Assembly (NCBI GenBank): GCA_030704615.1
Contig: CM060732.1
Location: 57,908,001 to 57,972,000 of the forward strand
Origin: Takakia lepidozioides
Taxonomy: Eukaryota > Plantae > Bryophyta
Direction of reading: 5' to 3'
Length of the DNA: 64,000 nt
Position 1 is the stretch's first letter. Each line of letters opens with the position of its first letter. The notes below the pieces were generated by a model. It worked only from the letters and a program-made list of their open reading frames with translations. It did not search any database and was not told where the DNA came from. The translations under genes were made by a program, and so were the position numbers. This document shows, piece after piece, positions 25,187 to 38,700 of this stretch.

Positions 25187-26933
25187 TAGCACTCACTTGT
25201 CTGGGAAGGAAGGTACTGGAAGTGAAGCGAGCTGCAGCGTGTCCCGTGCTCTTAGCCTGTCAGGTGTAACCGCCTCTAGTACACTATCAAACGTAAGTCA
25301 TGAATTGTGCAGCAACTATTCGGGCAACTATTCGGTGGTCTAATTGCAAGTGGGCCCCTTAAATCACTCAAAGGTTGCTTCTTCTCGCAGAAAGGATCAT
25401 GGTTCAGTGCTGAGTGGATTCTGCCTACCTAAAGATCCTACCTACATTTTGACACATTTCTCAGAAGTTTTCCGCTGATCTGGATTCTGTAGTCAAACTT
25501 TATCCCGTACTCCAACTAACTTAGAGTCTAACAGTGTCAGAATATATCGGATGTAAGGTCGCTCGGACCATCCAACGGCTGTCGGTACAAAGCGCGTCCA
25601 CATGTTATTTCTCATATGTACTTTTCATTGTAATGTAATACCTACAGGCCCTACAGAGTAAGAAGACACGTGCTGCGCAAGAGTGTGAAATGCTATGCAA
25701 GAGAGTACTCAAACAAACAAGAGATCCAGCAGCCAACAGCCCAACTGAAAATCCACTGACAGCAGTAATAATGCCACAAGACTGAATCACCCACCCGTCA
25801 CCTGCAAGCGTGGGACTGTACTTACAGTGCAGAGAAAATTAACAATATAATAGGGGAAGTGGGGAGATTCGAGTGCTGACATCGGCACGGTGCTGCCTTT
25901 GATGAGTTCATGCCCCTGCCCTCGTCCTGAGCTGCTGCACGGTGGCTTTGGGCACCATAAACAAACCAGAGATTGCACAAGATTGCGCTGCGAGTGTACC
26001 ACCCTTCAATGCTTCCCAGGCGCCCAACATCATTGCCATAATAACCACCCTTTTTATTTTTATTTTTGTTCCAAGGAACCCACTCTTTCGTAGCCTGTAT
26101 TTTTTTTTTAAATATTATTTTAGAGAAAGGGGAGGAAGCCCTTTAGAGCCTATATTATTTCAGTTTTTCAATTTTCTATGTTTGTTCAATACCAGCAGTG
26201 GTCGACAGATGTGTGTCACCCACTGTTGTGTGGCTCAAATCCTGCTAACTTAACTTAAGCTTTCCCTTTGCGAAAACTTTTCGCGTGCCTCCAGTTCACT
26301 CAGTTCATCGCCCTCCAGAGGAGAGATCATTAGTTACATACAGATATACACAAAGGAATGTATGATTCCAATTTCTGCTAACTGTCACTTCACGAAAATT
26401 TCAGAGACATGGAAGGTGAACTTTGATTTGTTTTTCTCGACATCTGCCACACTACTTAGTATCCATAACATCACATGTTGAAGCCCACTGCACTGCAAGC
26501 CAAAAGCTCCTCATATGGGGGCACAGCCTAAATTGAAACATCCTATTTACGAGGAGGGAATCCCTAGTTGCAAGGGGGAGAGAAAGAAAGAACAATGAAT
26601 TGACAAGTAGCTAGTGTGTGTAATGTACTTGGCATCGATGTTTAGAATGTGGGCTGGTTGCGGTGTGGAGATGTATGAGCTTCAAGTTAAGTTAGGTAGT
26701 TGTTCATCTGCCCTTTTCCGGATGTCCTCTCGGCCTCAAAGTATGGCTCAGTATCACTGAATATATATGGTTGATCAGCCACCTAACCCAACGCAAAGGG
26801 GCATGCCATTGTGGTGGATTTTTAAGATAACCAAGTCCAGGTCTGAGTGGCTGCCCTCCCTCAATGTCAGCCCTAGGGAGTGGAAAAAATAACTACTAGA
26901 GAGGGTTAACAGTTAACAGTTAACACTTAATAA

Positions 26934-27684
26934 CCCTTAACTTCCCAAGCCCTTTTTGGAGTTTTTAACAATTTTGGGTACCCAGCTAGAGTAAATTGCC
27001 CGTAGAAACCTACCAAAAATCATCCATAGATTCCAGCCATATAGAAGTGGGCCGAGCTCATTTAACATATCAAAAAAAGAGCCAATTCCACCGTGGGAAT
27101 TGTGAGATTATAACATTGCTCCAAACCTCAAATTTCAAGTCTCAGAGGAGAAATGGGAAGAAATAGGTTTGACCAAATCAATACATGGCTTTATCCAATT
27201 TTGCTTGCCCCAAGACCCACCATTTCCAAATCCACAATGGAATGGCTACAACCCCTCTAAATTGCAGGTCCAACAGTTTTTCACTTATGGTTGCTTTGTA
27301 TGTAATTACATTGGGGTTAAAATCTAAAAATTGACAAGGAAAAATGTGCCTCCAAATGAAGTACTTTTTTTTTCTACAGAATTTCTAAAACCCAATTTTT
27401 TTTAATTTTTACTAACTTTATTGATTTTACAATTTGGGCCTGTTTACCCGCCACGTCAACAGTCAACAAGCCCTTTACAAGACCAAAATCTGACATAGTT
27501 ACCTTAGATATTTTCTGTAGGTGGTAGCTTTTGTTTTTTCTTAATTTTTCTTTTGCATCATATTTGAGACAAGTCTTTTGTCATAAAAGCTTTAGGAGTA
27601 GGCCGCATCAAAGGAGATCCGCTGAAATTAGGTGGAAGTGGTAATTCAGAGCGACCCGATTGGGGCCGCTTGGGAAATTAAGGG
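26934..27684. mobile_element. Non-autonomous piggyBac-like element 1
   Basis: TIR CCCTTAA(C/T)TTCCCAAGC, flanked by ATAA (left) and TTAA (right), in a TTAA-rich target region. Confidence 0.65.
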
Positions 27685-27975
27685 TTAACCCACAAGGAAA
27701 AAGGTTTGGTAAATTCATCCTTTCTCGAATCTTCCTCTGTTTGCGGTAGCTCGCAGCTCGTGAAGCTCTAGCATTAGCCTACTCTTTAAGATAGCTCTAG
27801 GTTCACTCCGACAGCTTTCATCCATTGGATGGTTCTCTCTTCGATATGGTTCCTTGGGTTCGTCCCTAGCCGCAAGGTGTGCATGCTTTATGGCCCCACA
27901 TGGGTTTATTTTTTCCCCATCAATAAAAATATCGGGGTTCACCCCCTTTTTTTCTTTTTTTTTTAAGGTTCATTG

Positions 27976-28452
27976 CAGTGTTGGACTGTATATAGGTGAA
28001 GGATTGGTATATAATATTGGTATATGCACTGGTATTAGATACCAGACCAGTCTGGTATCATTTGGGAGAATACTTGGTCATGTGCCAGAGCTGGTATCAG
28101 TTCTTTCATACCAGCCACAATACCAGTACAATACCAGTATGTCTTCCTCATTTACTCTGGTATGTCTCCTGAATAATTTATGTGTACATATGCGTATATA
28201 TTTGTACTTAAGTATATTTTATTTGTTTTCACGCGTTTGATAAATTTGTAACTCAAGATGGCTTTGGAATGATGCCTGAGTTGATATCTCATACCAGCTG
28301 GTATTGTGGTCATGATACTCATATTCATACCAGTATCTGGGGAAAAAAAAACATCTACCATTATATAGAGCAGACTAGTATGAAAGTTTTGTGATACGTC
28401 TGGTACCAAGACCAGTCTGGTATGTAAAAAACTTGATACCAATCCAACACTG
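27976..28452. mobile_element. hAT-type MITE
   Basis: TIR CAGTGTTGGA...TCCAACACTG, degenerate 8-bp TSD GTTCATTG/GTTTATTT, and many TACCAG/CTGGTA subrepeats. Confidence 0.75.
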
Positions 28453-29626
28453 GTTTATTTACTGAAATATTAGGATGCCAGCTAGTGCCAAGTTTTTCTT
28501 TCTCAGCAAGACAGAAGGCCACGTCGACAAGTTCTGGCTAAACCCTAATATATTTTAGCCAAAATGTCACTTTTTTGTAGCCAAATAAATATATTGTATC
28601 TAATTAAATTATTGAAGGGGAAAAAAAGAGTTAAATCCCAAAGGGTGCCATACGCCCTCAACAGTCTACCATGACCAAGAAGAAAAATGAAGCTTGGGAA
28701 CAATTGCATGGCGGCTCTTGTTGGTCAGGGCTACTCAAATTAGATGGCTGGCAGAAACTATGAGTGCAAAATCTACAATCCTGGCAGGCCTTTCTCAATC
28801 TTTCTCGATCTGGGGACATTATGCTTACTTTTTTTTGTGAGATTGTCAAAGAATGGATATGTGGGGGTCATACAGGGGTCACGTAAAACACTTGAAGACA
28901 TTTTGTCCTCCATGAGTCCAGTATGGGAGGGTGTTGCCACAGCATGTGGTCATCACATTGGCTCCGAAGTATAGAGTTCAAATGCCGGTGCTTACGGCTG
29001 TAGCTCACATTCTTGACAATGAACTGCAATTATAAGATTTTGATGCACAGGAGTCAGAACAACTTTTTACATGGTTTTTTGAGATCAATTTTTTTTCTTC
29101 AATCTGGCAGGTATGTTCTGCAAAGAACGTACTCATAAGACATGGTTTGCCATAGTCTTGTGGCCATTGACCCCGCGCCAAGACATCCTTGCGACATTCC
29201 TTATAGCAGCTTTGGTATTCATAATAACTTCATTTTTGTATAGGGATTCGAACCCTTATAGCTATCCATTATAGCATACAAAATTATGGCCGAAAGGCCT
29301 TTAAGATTAACCATAAAGGTTAAATAAATTGGAGTTTTGGAATGTAATATGATAAACAATTTGATTGAATGGATTTTGAATTTATTGAAATGATGAAATC
29401 TGAGGTTGAGAACATGATAGAATATAGTATTATACATTATATATTGATTTATATTTTAAGTATTTAATACATAATATATTATTTTATTTTTATTTTTATT
29501 TTTATTTAATAAATTCGTTAATATAAATAGTATATTTGAAAGCTTTGAAGCTTTTGAGATGTAATATGATAGATAACTTGATTGATTAGATTTAAATTGG
29601 AATGATGAATATGACATTGAAAGCAT

Positions 29627-31359
29627 GGCAAGTAATAGAAGGGGCCCGGGAGTTGAATGCGCCTGGGCCGGTAAGCGTACGTGGCCCGCCGCCCACCCGC
29701 AGCCGCGCCCCCCTAGCCTGGCGCCTCATATCCGCTCGGTCACCGCGACGCCGCCCATTTCGTGGTAGGCCCCACGCAGTCTAGAGTCCCTTTTTTCTGT
29801 ATAACTAATATTAAATTCGGGCTATTTTTAATGTAGCAGCACGCAGTCCAGTGGTGCGATCGCTCCTTCCTGAAAGCTGAGGATGCAGGGTCGAACTTGA
29901 ACAGTTCTGCAACTGAGGCTTATTGCGCTACTACTTCAAAAAATTCTAAGTCCTGAGTCGATGCCCATCTTCACGCATAGTCATACATGTATGGAAATAC
30001 ATGAGAAATACATGGTCATGCATGTGGGGTCTCAGGTTCGGATACCAATTAGTGTATGATGTCAGATAATACTAGAGTTTTTGTTTGATTTTGCAACTTC
30101 AAAAAAGTTCCAAGTTTAAATGCTCATCTTGCATAGTCATACATGAGAAATAAATGGTCATGCATGGAAATACATCAGTTGTCTTCACACAGAAGTCTTG
30201 CATGGACACACATCACATCGTATGTCTGTATGTATGTATGACAATGCAACTGATTTCTTATGTGTGGTTGTGCATGAAAATAATCCAGATGTCATGTATT
30301 CCATGTATGACACATGCAATTTTATTTTTCAAGTAATAAGAATAAAATAATTCTATTAGTAGAGATATTGAGATTCATACTCATCTCATTCATTGTTATA
30401 TGAACCCACGACCTCATGACTTGTATGCATAGAAATAGAGTTTTAATAATGCATGAAAATACATGACAAGTTTGATGCATTGTCATACATATGCCACAAG
30501 AAATGTGCATGAATGAGACATGACATCATGTATGTACGACTATGCTAATAGAAATGACAATGCATTCAAATCATGTATGACTTTGCAACGATTGAAAATA
30601 AAAAGAATGATATTAGTATAGATATGAAGATTCATAGTCACCATCTCATCCATTGTAAATTGACCTGTGAGTTCACGATTTTTATGCATAGAGATAAAGT
30701 ATTGATACTGCATGGAAATACATAGTTTGAAGTATGATATACTTGTCATACATAATTATAATATATACCATTCAAGACTTGTGCATGAAGACAGCTCATG
30801 TATTCATGCCTGACCATACATTTTCTCCTGTATGACTATTTTTGAAGATGGTCATCCAAGTATAGTCACCATGTAACTACTTTCACAGGGACTTACAATT
30901 TTTTTGAAGTAGCAAAATTACAAAGATTGGGAGCTTATCGGGAACATGCATGTCCATATATTTCTCATGTATTTGCTTAATACATGAGATTTGAAAGTAT
31001 GTCAACCTGGGACCGGGCCCACAACCCTATATTTCTCATGTATTACCATACATGTGTGACTATGTGTGAAGATGGGCATCGACTCGGGACTTAGAAGTTT
31101 TTTGAAATAGCAGCGCAAAAAGCCTCAGTTGTACAACTTCAAGTTCGACCCTCAAACCTCAGCTTTCAGGAAGGAGCGATCGCACCATTGGGCTGCGTGC
31201 TGCTACATTAAAACTGGCCCGAAATCAATGTTAGTTATAGAGAATAATGACTCAGGACTGCGTGGGGCCTACCACGACATGCGTGGCGTCGCGACCGCGC
31301 GGATCTGAGGCTTACCGGGCCGGGCGCATTCAACTCCAGGGCCCCTTCTATTACTTGCC
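29627..31359. mobile_element. Non-autonomous Mutator-like (MULE) element with long TIRs
   Basis: Ends GGCAAGTAATAGAAGGGGCCC...GGGCCCCTTCTATTACTTGCC with inverted homology over ~350-400 bp and a perfect 9-bp TSD TGAAAGCAT (29618-29626 and 31360-31368). Confidence 0.93.
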
Positions 31360-31974
31360 TGAAAGCATGATATAAATTGATAAAATATTGATTCCTATAA
31401 TATATAATATATCATTATATATATATATATATAGTTCTCTTAAATAAATATTTTAGTATGTTCATTTATAGAAATAATATAAATATTTAAGATTTTAAAT
31501 TTGAAATATGAAAATGTAATGATAAGATATAAAGTGATATGAATAAATAATTATGTAGTAAGTAAAAATAACACATGATTGTAAGTGATAATTTGATTTA
31601 TGATAATGGATGGATGATAATTGACTGGTTGATAGATAGAATGATAGTTGATTTATGTAGTGACGTCGTTAGGTTATAGCTAGATTTTGAAATACATATA
31701 TTTATTATTAAGTTTATTTAATATAATATAATATAAATATTTGGTTTTTATATAATTATTTATATGATATTCTAATATATATATTTCTGATTATAGTTAA
31801 ATATTTATAATCTCTAAGTTGTATATACTATATTGATATCATGCTTGAATATCATATATACTATAGATTATGATGTAACATTCAAGTGGCATAATCACAG
31901 TGTAATGAATTTTGATGATTTCTTGGAAATATAAGATAGTGTTTTTGGTAGTTATCTGATAGTGTGTCTAGTAT

Positions 31975-34388
31975 GTTAGAAGAAAAAAAAAAAACAAAAC
32001 AAAACGAAAGAGAAAGAACGAAGAGAAAAAATGAAGAGAGTACATAAATACAAAGAACAAAGATAAGAAAGAAACATAAACAAAGACATAAAGTGAAAGA
32101 AAAAAGCAAATGAAGGCTATTTAGAAGAATTAGGAGACAGTTCTATTTTGCCACAGAACCGAAAGAACAAAGCAACATAAACAAACAACAAAAGCAAAGA
32201 AGAAAGATAAACGAAGAGGAAAGAAACAAAACGAAAGAGAAAGAACAAGGAGAAAGAAAGAATGGAAAGTTTTATTTTGCTCAACTCACACAAAAATACA
32301 AAGAATAGAGATCGGAAAGAAACATAAACAAAGAACAAAAAGCGAAGGGAAAAAACAAATGAAGGTTACTCAGAATTAGAATTAGGAGACAGTTTATTTT
32401 GCCACAGAACAGAAAGAACAAGCCTGGTTAGCCTTCTCGTCCCATACAAATTTGTCCTTCCCTGTGGGTCGTGTCAATGGTGCAACAATTTTGGAGTAGT
32501 CCTTGATGAAGATTCTATAGAAATTTGCAAATCCTAGAAAACATTGTACATCTCGGATCGAAGTTGGTTTAATCCACTCGATGATGGTTTGTATTTTCTT
32601 CTGATCAATAAAGACGTCTTTGTCGGAAATAATAAAGCCCAGAAATTCGACCTCAGATTGATGGAAAAGATATTTTTCCATCTTGGCATATAATCATCTT
32701 TCTCTTAATTTATCAATGACAAGGCGTACATGGTGACCATGTTCTTCTTCATTCTGTGAAAATATCAAAATATCGTCCAAATAGATGACTACGAAGTCAT
32801 CTAAAAATTCTCGAAAGATGTCATTCATCATATGTTGAAAAATTGTTTGAGCATTTATAAGACCGAAAGGCATAACACTGTATTCAAAATGTCCATACCT
32901 TGTTCAAAAAGTTGTTTTCCATTCGTCTCCTTCTTTTATCCGTACAAGGTTATAAGTTCATCTCAAGTCAATTTTGGTAAAAATCTTCATTCGTCCCAGC
33001 TGGTCGAGAAGCTTAGAAATCAGCGGCAACGGATAATGATTCTTAATTGTGACTTTGTTGAGACCGCAATAGTCTACACACATGCGTAATGATCCGTCAT
33101 TCTTTTTCACAAACAAGATAGGCGCCCCCGCATGTGATTTTGAATGTCGGATGAAGTGTCAGTGTCTGATAGAAGGGTACCCACGAATCCCACTTGAATA
33201 CCTTCATCAGGGTAGCTTTGTGGATGTAGTCGTATGAACAGTCGTACTTGTTGAACAAAACCGCGAAATCTTGATCTCGTCCCACCAAATTTCTCGGGTA
33301 TGCTGATCTTTGGTTCTCTCGTAATCTTTTGAAGAGGAACCGTTGCAGTAGGAGCTATTGCCGTAGGGACTCGTATGATTGAAGATCCATTGTTCGACTC
33401 CTTTAACTCTGAAATTTGTTGTTGCAAATTGTGGAGAGCGTTGTCAAGATCTTGAGACTGATCAGCTTGTAATTGGGCGGTAGAGGTACGAAGTTCTTGC
33501 ATCTGGAGCTGAAGACTTTGCAATGTGACGACCATTTCCGCAAATGTGTCTTCCATCTTAACTAACTAAGGAACAAACTTTAGTCTCGCCAAACTGTCAA
33601 GGACGAGAACATGACTGGAGGTACAAGACTAGACAAGAAATCAAGGTCGGCGTGGCCGAATGCATGGTGGGTAAACATGAATCAAGGTGATCTTTATAAC
33701 AATGGACAAGAGTACAAGATACTGGAACTCGACTCGAATACATGAATGTTGGAAACTGGACTGGGGTACCAGATACTGGAAACTGGACTAGAGTACTGGA
33801 AGCTGGATTGAAGTACTGGAACTGGGAACAAGAGTAGCTTGAACTTGTGTTGGCGAGACTGAAGAGTGTCCAGTCTCGCCTCTTATATATACTGACTACT
33901 ATGAGGTTCCCTAAGAGGCTTCCCCAAAGGAGGTTTCTTGATGGAGAAGTTTCCTCCAAATGAAGCTTCCTCAACAGTTTCCCAAGTTACTCTTGGTAAT
34001 TTGGTAAACTCTCGGTACTTGATAACTAATGGTAAAATATGATAGATAATGATAAATTATGGTAAGTCATGGTAAGTCATGGTAATTCCGGTAATATGAT
34101 AACTTGGTAACATCTGATATTTACTCCTGCTAAGTTCCTCTGGGCTATGTCGGTGACATCTGTTGTTTGTTTATGTTTGTTCTTTAAAACTGTCTCTTAG
34201 TTATTCTCAGTAGCCTTCATTTGTTTTTTCTTTCATTTTCTGTTCTTTGTTTATGTTTTTTTCTGTATTTGTATTTCTGTGTGAGTTGTTCAGCGGAATA
34301 GAACTTTCTATTCGTTCTCTCTCTTTCGTTTTGTTTTCTTTCCTCTTTGTTTGTGTTTCTTCTTTTCTTTTCTTGTTTGTTTATGTTG
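31975..34388. repeat. A-rich repeat in two direct copies (~31975-32420) and one inverted copy (~34160-34388), bracketing an inverted retroelement segment
   Basis: aaacaaaacgaaagagaaagaac...aaacataaacaaaga...aaatgaaggcta occurs twice on + and once as its reverse complement. Confidence 0.75.
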
Positions 34389-35370
34389 CATCGGACTTTG
34401 CATTTGGCGCTATATTCTCTCAATACGGTACGGATGGCCGACTTCACCCTGATGGTTTTCGTTCTCGCAAATTTTCCGCTGCAAAGATCAATTATGAAAT
34501 CCATGACAAAGAATTTCTAGCGATCATCGATGTTTTTGAGGAGTGGCGTCATCTACTGGAGGGAGCTAAACATCAGGTCATTGTCTACACCGATCATAAA
34601 AACCTCGAATATTTTATGAGTGCTCGTATTTTGAATCGACGTCAAGCCAGATGGGGTATGTCACTAGCAAGGTTTAATTTTGTTATTACCTATCGCCCCG
34701 TACATCTTCAAGAGAAACCCGATACTCTTTCTCGACGATTGTATCTTGCGCCGAAAAAAAAAAAACAACTTTCGACCAACAGAAATCCATCATCTTAAAA
34801 CCAACAAATCTCCAATTGAATATATTATCCATGTCCACCTATGACGATGCGGAGATCATAAAAGAGATTTAGGAAGCACTGAAGAGCGACCAATTTACTA
34901 CGACACTACGAAGTCAACTAAATCGACCTCGAGACAACCCACATGTTAAAAATGACTTCGAATTCAAATGTGGTTTACTTAATTTCAAGGGACTTCTCTA
35001 TGTACCTCCAAGACCTACACGACTTCGAATTCTTTAAACATGTCATGATCTTCCGGCTGCAGGACATTTCGGCTTCAACAAAACAATGGAATTGATATCC
35101 AAGGACTATTGGTGGCCGCAGATGTGGAAACTCGCGAAAGAATTTATAAAATCTTGCGACACGTGTGCTAGAGCGAAGGGACCACGACATTGACCTTACG
35201 GCCTTCTTCAACCATTACCCATTCCCAAGGGTCCATGTCGTCCGTATCTATGGACTTTATTACGGACCTTCCAATTTCCAAGATCACCGATTCAATCCTT
35301 GTTATTGTAGATCATTTTACGAAGATGACACATTTCATTCCATGTAATAAGACGGTTACCGGCGAGGAAA
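32425..35370. mobile_element. Rearranged Ty3/Gypsy element (Tf1/Tcn1-like): LTR-gag-RT on minus, RNase H-integrase on plus
   Basis: Gag 33107-33556 (PEKFGGTRSRFRGF) is fused by deletion to RT ([26 protein letters not shown]; 32425-33150). RNase H (ASDFAFGA...TDHKNL) and integrase ([13 protein letters not shown]) lie on + at 34385-35370. Confidence 0.9.
33595..34158 (-). repeat. 5' LTR of the second Gypsy element, with TATA box and putative self-primer
   Basis: TGTCA...TGACA termini. A TATA box lies at 33882-33891 (minus). An 11-nt sequence at 33850-33860 is complementary to the PBS-position sequence at 33582-33592. Confidence 0.8.
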
Positions 35371-35792
35371 CCCGTTTGCGACCCCCGGCCTCATAAATCC
35401 AAAAAATGCGTCGCAGGTTGCGACGCATGGGGGTCGCAGGAAGCGACGGCAGGGATTTCTAGGATTAGGTTTAGTGCCTTTGGGGTTTTTTATTTTTTTT
35501 ATTTCTTCATATGATATTGGGGTAGGGTGTTTTTTTTTCTTTATGGTTTAGCTTGTAGTTGTGGATCTTCTTGTAGATTGTGCCATTCATTTTGATAATT
35601 CTCTTGATACCACATCTGTATGTGGTTCTCCAACATATTCATTGTCTTTGTCTTCTTTCTTGAAAGACTACCAGCCACAGCCATATTTGATCAATCATAG
35701 AAATAAGCTACAATATGCATGTACATGTACAATCAATCGAAGGGATGTGTACAGTTCGGTGCGAGAATTTTTATGTAGCTTTGATTTTGTGT

Positions 35793-38700
35793 CTAATCAA
35801 CTTGAACATCATCATCCGGAGCTTCTTCATCCTCATCAAGCTGTAAGTCTTCTTGGTCATCGGAGTCATCGTCATAAATGGTCCGGCCGTCAAAAGGCAC
35901 CTCCGAATCATCCTCCACCTCGTTGTCAATGGCCGTGTTTTCGTCTCCTTCTCCACCATCTGTATCTTCTAGAGCTTCATCATATATAGTCCGGGATGCA
36001 TTGTCCAGGGCGTCATCATCCTCTTCTACCCCCTCTACCCAACCTCCATCATCAGCATCATTATGACCAGTCTCTCCGTCCACCGCAATTGCCTCACCCC
36101 ATGGAGATCCAAGACCATGATAGATACGTCTTCATCTTGGCTGAGCATACACAATCACCTTCCAATTCCCCCCTCTTGTTTTGTCATCGGAGAAGAAAAC
36201 TTGCTCCATGTCTGAAGGCCGTGAAAAATGCTCATCGAAGGGACGATGAACAGGGTTGAGCCTATCTGCATTGACGCGCATAAAACCACAATCATCTTGC
36301 ACTAGTGTTGCGGAGGGCCCCACAAGATGTGGCTGGAACCACTTTCACTTGAAGAGAAGAGGCCGGTACCTTGTATACTGAAGTTGGAATATGCTCTCAA
36401 GCTCTCAAATGTACTCAAGTTTGCTCATAGTAGGTCGTATATCTCCCTGTCCCACACGGAGTCTTGCCAATATGTGGCACACAAGCCAGAATCAAAGGTT
36501 GTTTTGCGCTTCATATCAGAAGCACGAATGCGGAAATGACGACGGTGAACCCAAACCGCCGTGTATGAGGTCGTGAATTGAGAGGGACTCTTTGCAATGT
36601 CTTGCACCAAATCGGAAACCACCTCTCCTTGAGCAACGACATCATAAACTGAAGTTCAAAGCCACTATTGGAATGAACTTAGAGGCTGCAATTCCATGGG
36701 CAAATTTTGTGAAGGAACATTCCAGCGGCCCGCTCCTCGTCGTGGGCGTCTAGTAACCGGCCTTGGATGGTTCCGCCTCCATGCAAGCGTCTCCTCCTCT
36801 CGTTGCTGAACAAGATTATTGTATCTTGCCTCCCACTCATGTATGGATGGGGTGTTCTTCAGTATGAAGTCATGCGCTTGCTCAATCACCAAGGTCGACA
36901 ATTTTACCCTCTTCGATTTTTTGGGCAAAACGATGTCATTGGTTCGTGCATCCTCCTCTTCCTTCCACATCCGAGGGGCTTCCTCATCCACCCTTGCCAT
37001 GTACTCCGTGCAATAGAACATAGCTTCTTGCAACGTATACCCTTCCGCCATGCTACCCTCCGGGTGCGCCATTTGTCTTACAAATCCTTTGAAAGTCTTC
37101 ATATAACGCTCAAGGAAATACATCCACCGATAATGAATGGGGCCGGCAATCGAAGCCTCTTCCACTAAGTGCACTATCAAGTGCACTTGGATGTCAAAGA
37201 AGGAGGGAGAAAGGTGCATCTCCAACATACACATTGCCTCTGCCGCCTCCTTCTTCATTCGTGGAAAATCCGCTTCCTCCAACTCTTTGGAGCAAATGCA
37301 CCGGAACAAGCCTCCCAATCTATAGATTGTCTCACGAACCTCGGGAGTCAATATCCCACGTATGGCAATGGGCAAGATGTCTTGCAATAGATTGTGGTAA
37401 TCATGAAACTTCAAACCATGGACCCCGTCTTCTTCGCTGAACTTCGTACGGATGAATGACCCATAACCAGTTGGTGTTCGGACAGCACTTATGGTGGCTA
37501 TCACTTTCTTGTATTCATCCTTTGTCCATTGCCAAGGTGCGCGCCTATACTTCCACCGTACAACACCTTTTGGGTCCACACCATTTTGTTCGGCCTATAG
37601 ATGACGCATGTGACCCTGCTCCTCAAGCTCCTTTCTAACACCGAGAGAATCTCCTTTTGCAGCCACTCCCTTCTTTGCCGACGTGCCATGAAGAACCCAA
37701 AAAGGGACGAGCACATTCTTCTCAATATGCATGGGATCTAGAAGATGGCGAATCTTCAGGTCCTACATATATCCCCACCTACAAATACTTACACAAAAAA
37801 ATTTACGTGAAAATGACAATGCAACGCATACCAAATGTGCAATATTACATGCATGCATAAGGATATTGACGGTGTTTTTGTGGAATATGTACCGCCCAAT
37901 ATGACAACTCGTTAAAGATTGAAAGTCGTTTTATGCCGGGCGCGTCCACTTCACCGTCCGTGCCCGCATGGGCCTCATTCCATTAGTCCTCCCAAAACCG
38001 CCCGGACGGTGTCATAGGGGGGGGGGGGGGGGCATACTTCCTCTTTGCCATCAAACAAGTGTTTCTCTTCTTCTCCATCGATGGCTCATAGAAAGAAATT
38101 TGCGGTAGTTGGGATATACTATCTTGTGAAGATGGCGGGAGCTATGTGCATCAAGATCATCGCCACAATGCAAGCATACATGGTACCCTTTGGTGCTTAG
38201 CCCCGAGCAAACAGTTAGTTCTGTACTACACATCCCGCCATATTAGCAAAAACAAAAAGTTGTCATGTACATGCCCATAATGCAATCTACCCCACTATGG
38301 TGCACAAGACTGTTGCCGCTACTTCAATCAATCCCAATCCTCATCGATATTATCCGGCATTGACAAGTGAATGTACGCAGGTTGTTCATGGGGAACATAA
38401 TATACCTGGATAATCATGCATTGTCCAAAGCAAGATGTCTCTCATCTGAAAAGATTGTCCGACCATAGGGTCAAGTGAAGCATCCAATGCCGGGACCCCC
38501 CTCCATAGCTCCTTAAATTCATCAATAAGAGGTCGCAAGTACGTGTCCATGTTTGTCACTTGTTTTTTCCCTATGAGACATTCACATCATTATTTCAATG
38601 CTCCACCAATATGCAAATTATACTACAAAATGAATTACACGTCTTACTCCATGATTATGTCACTCATCAATTTTGCATCCGAATTGCGTCAGAGATCAGA

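Noticed and set aside
28660-28980. Possible BED-finger/hAT N-terminal remnant (MTKKKNEAWE...YECKI)
   Set aside because: Too degenerate to support.
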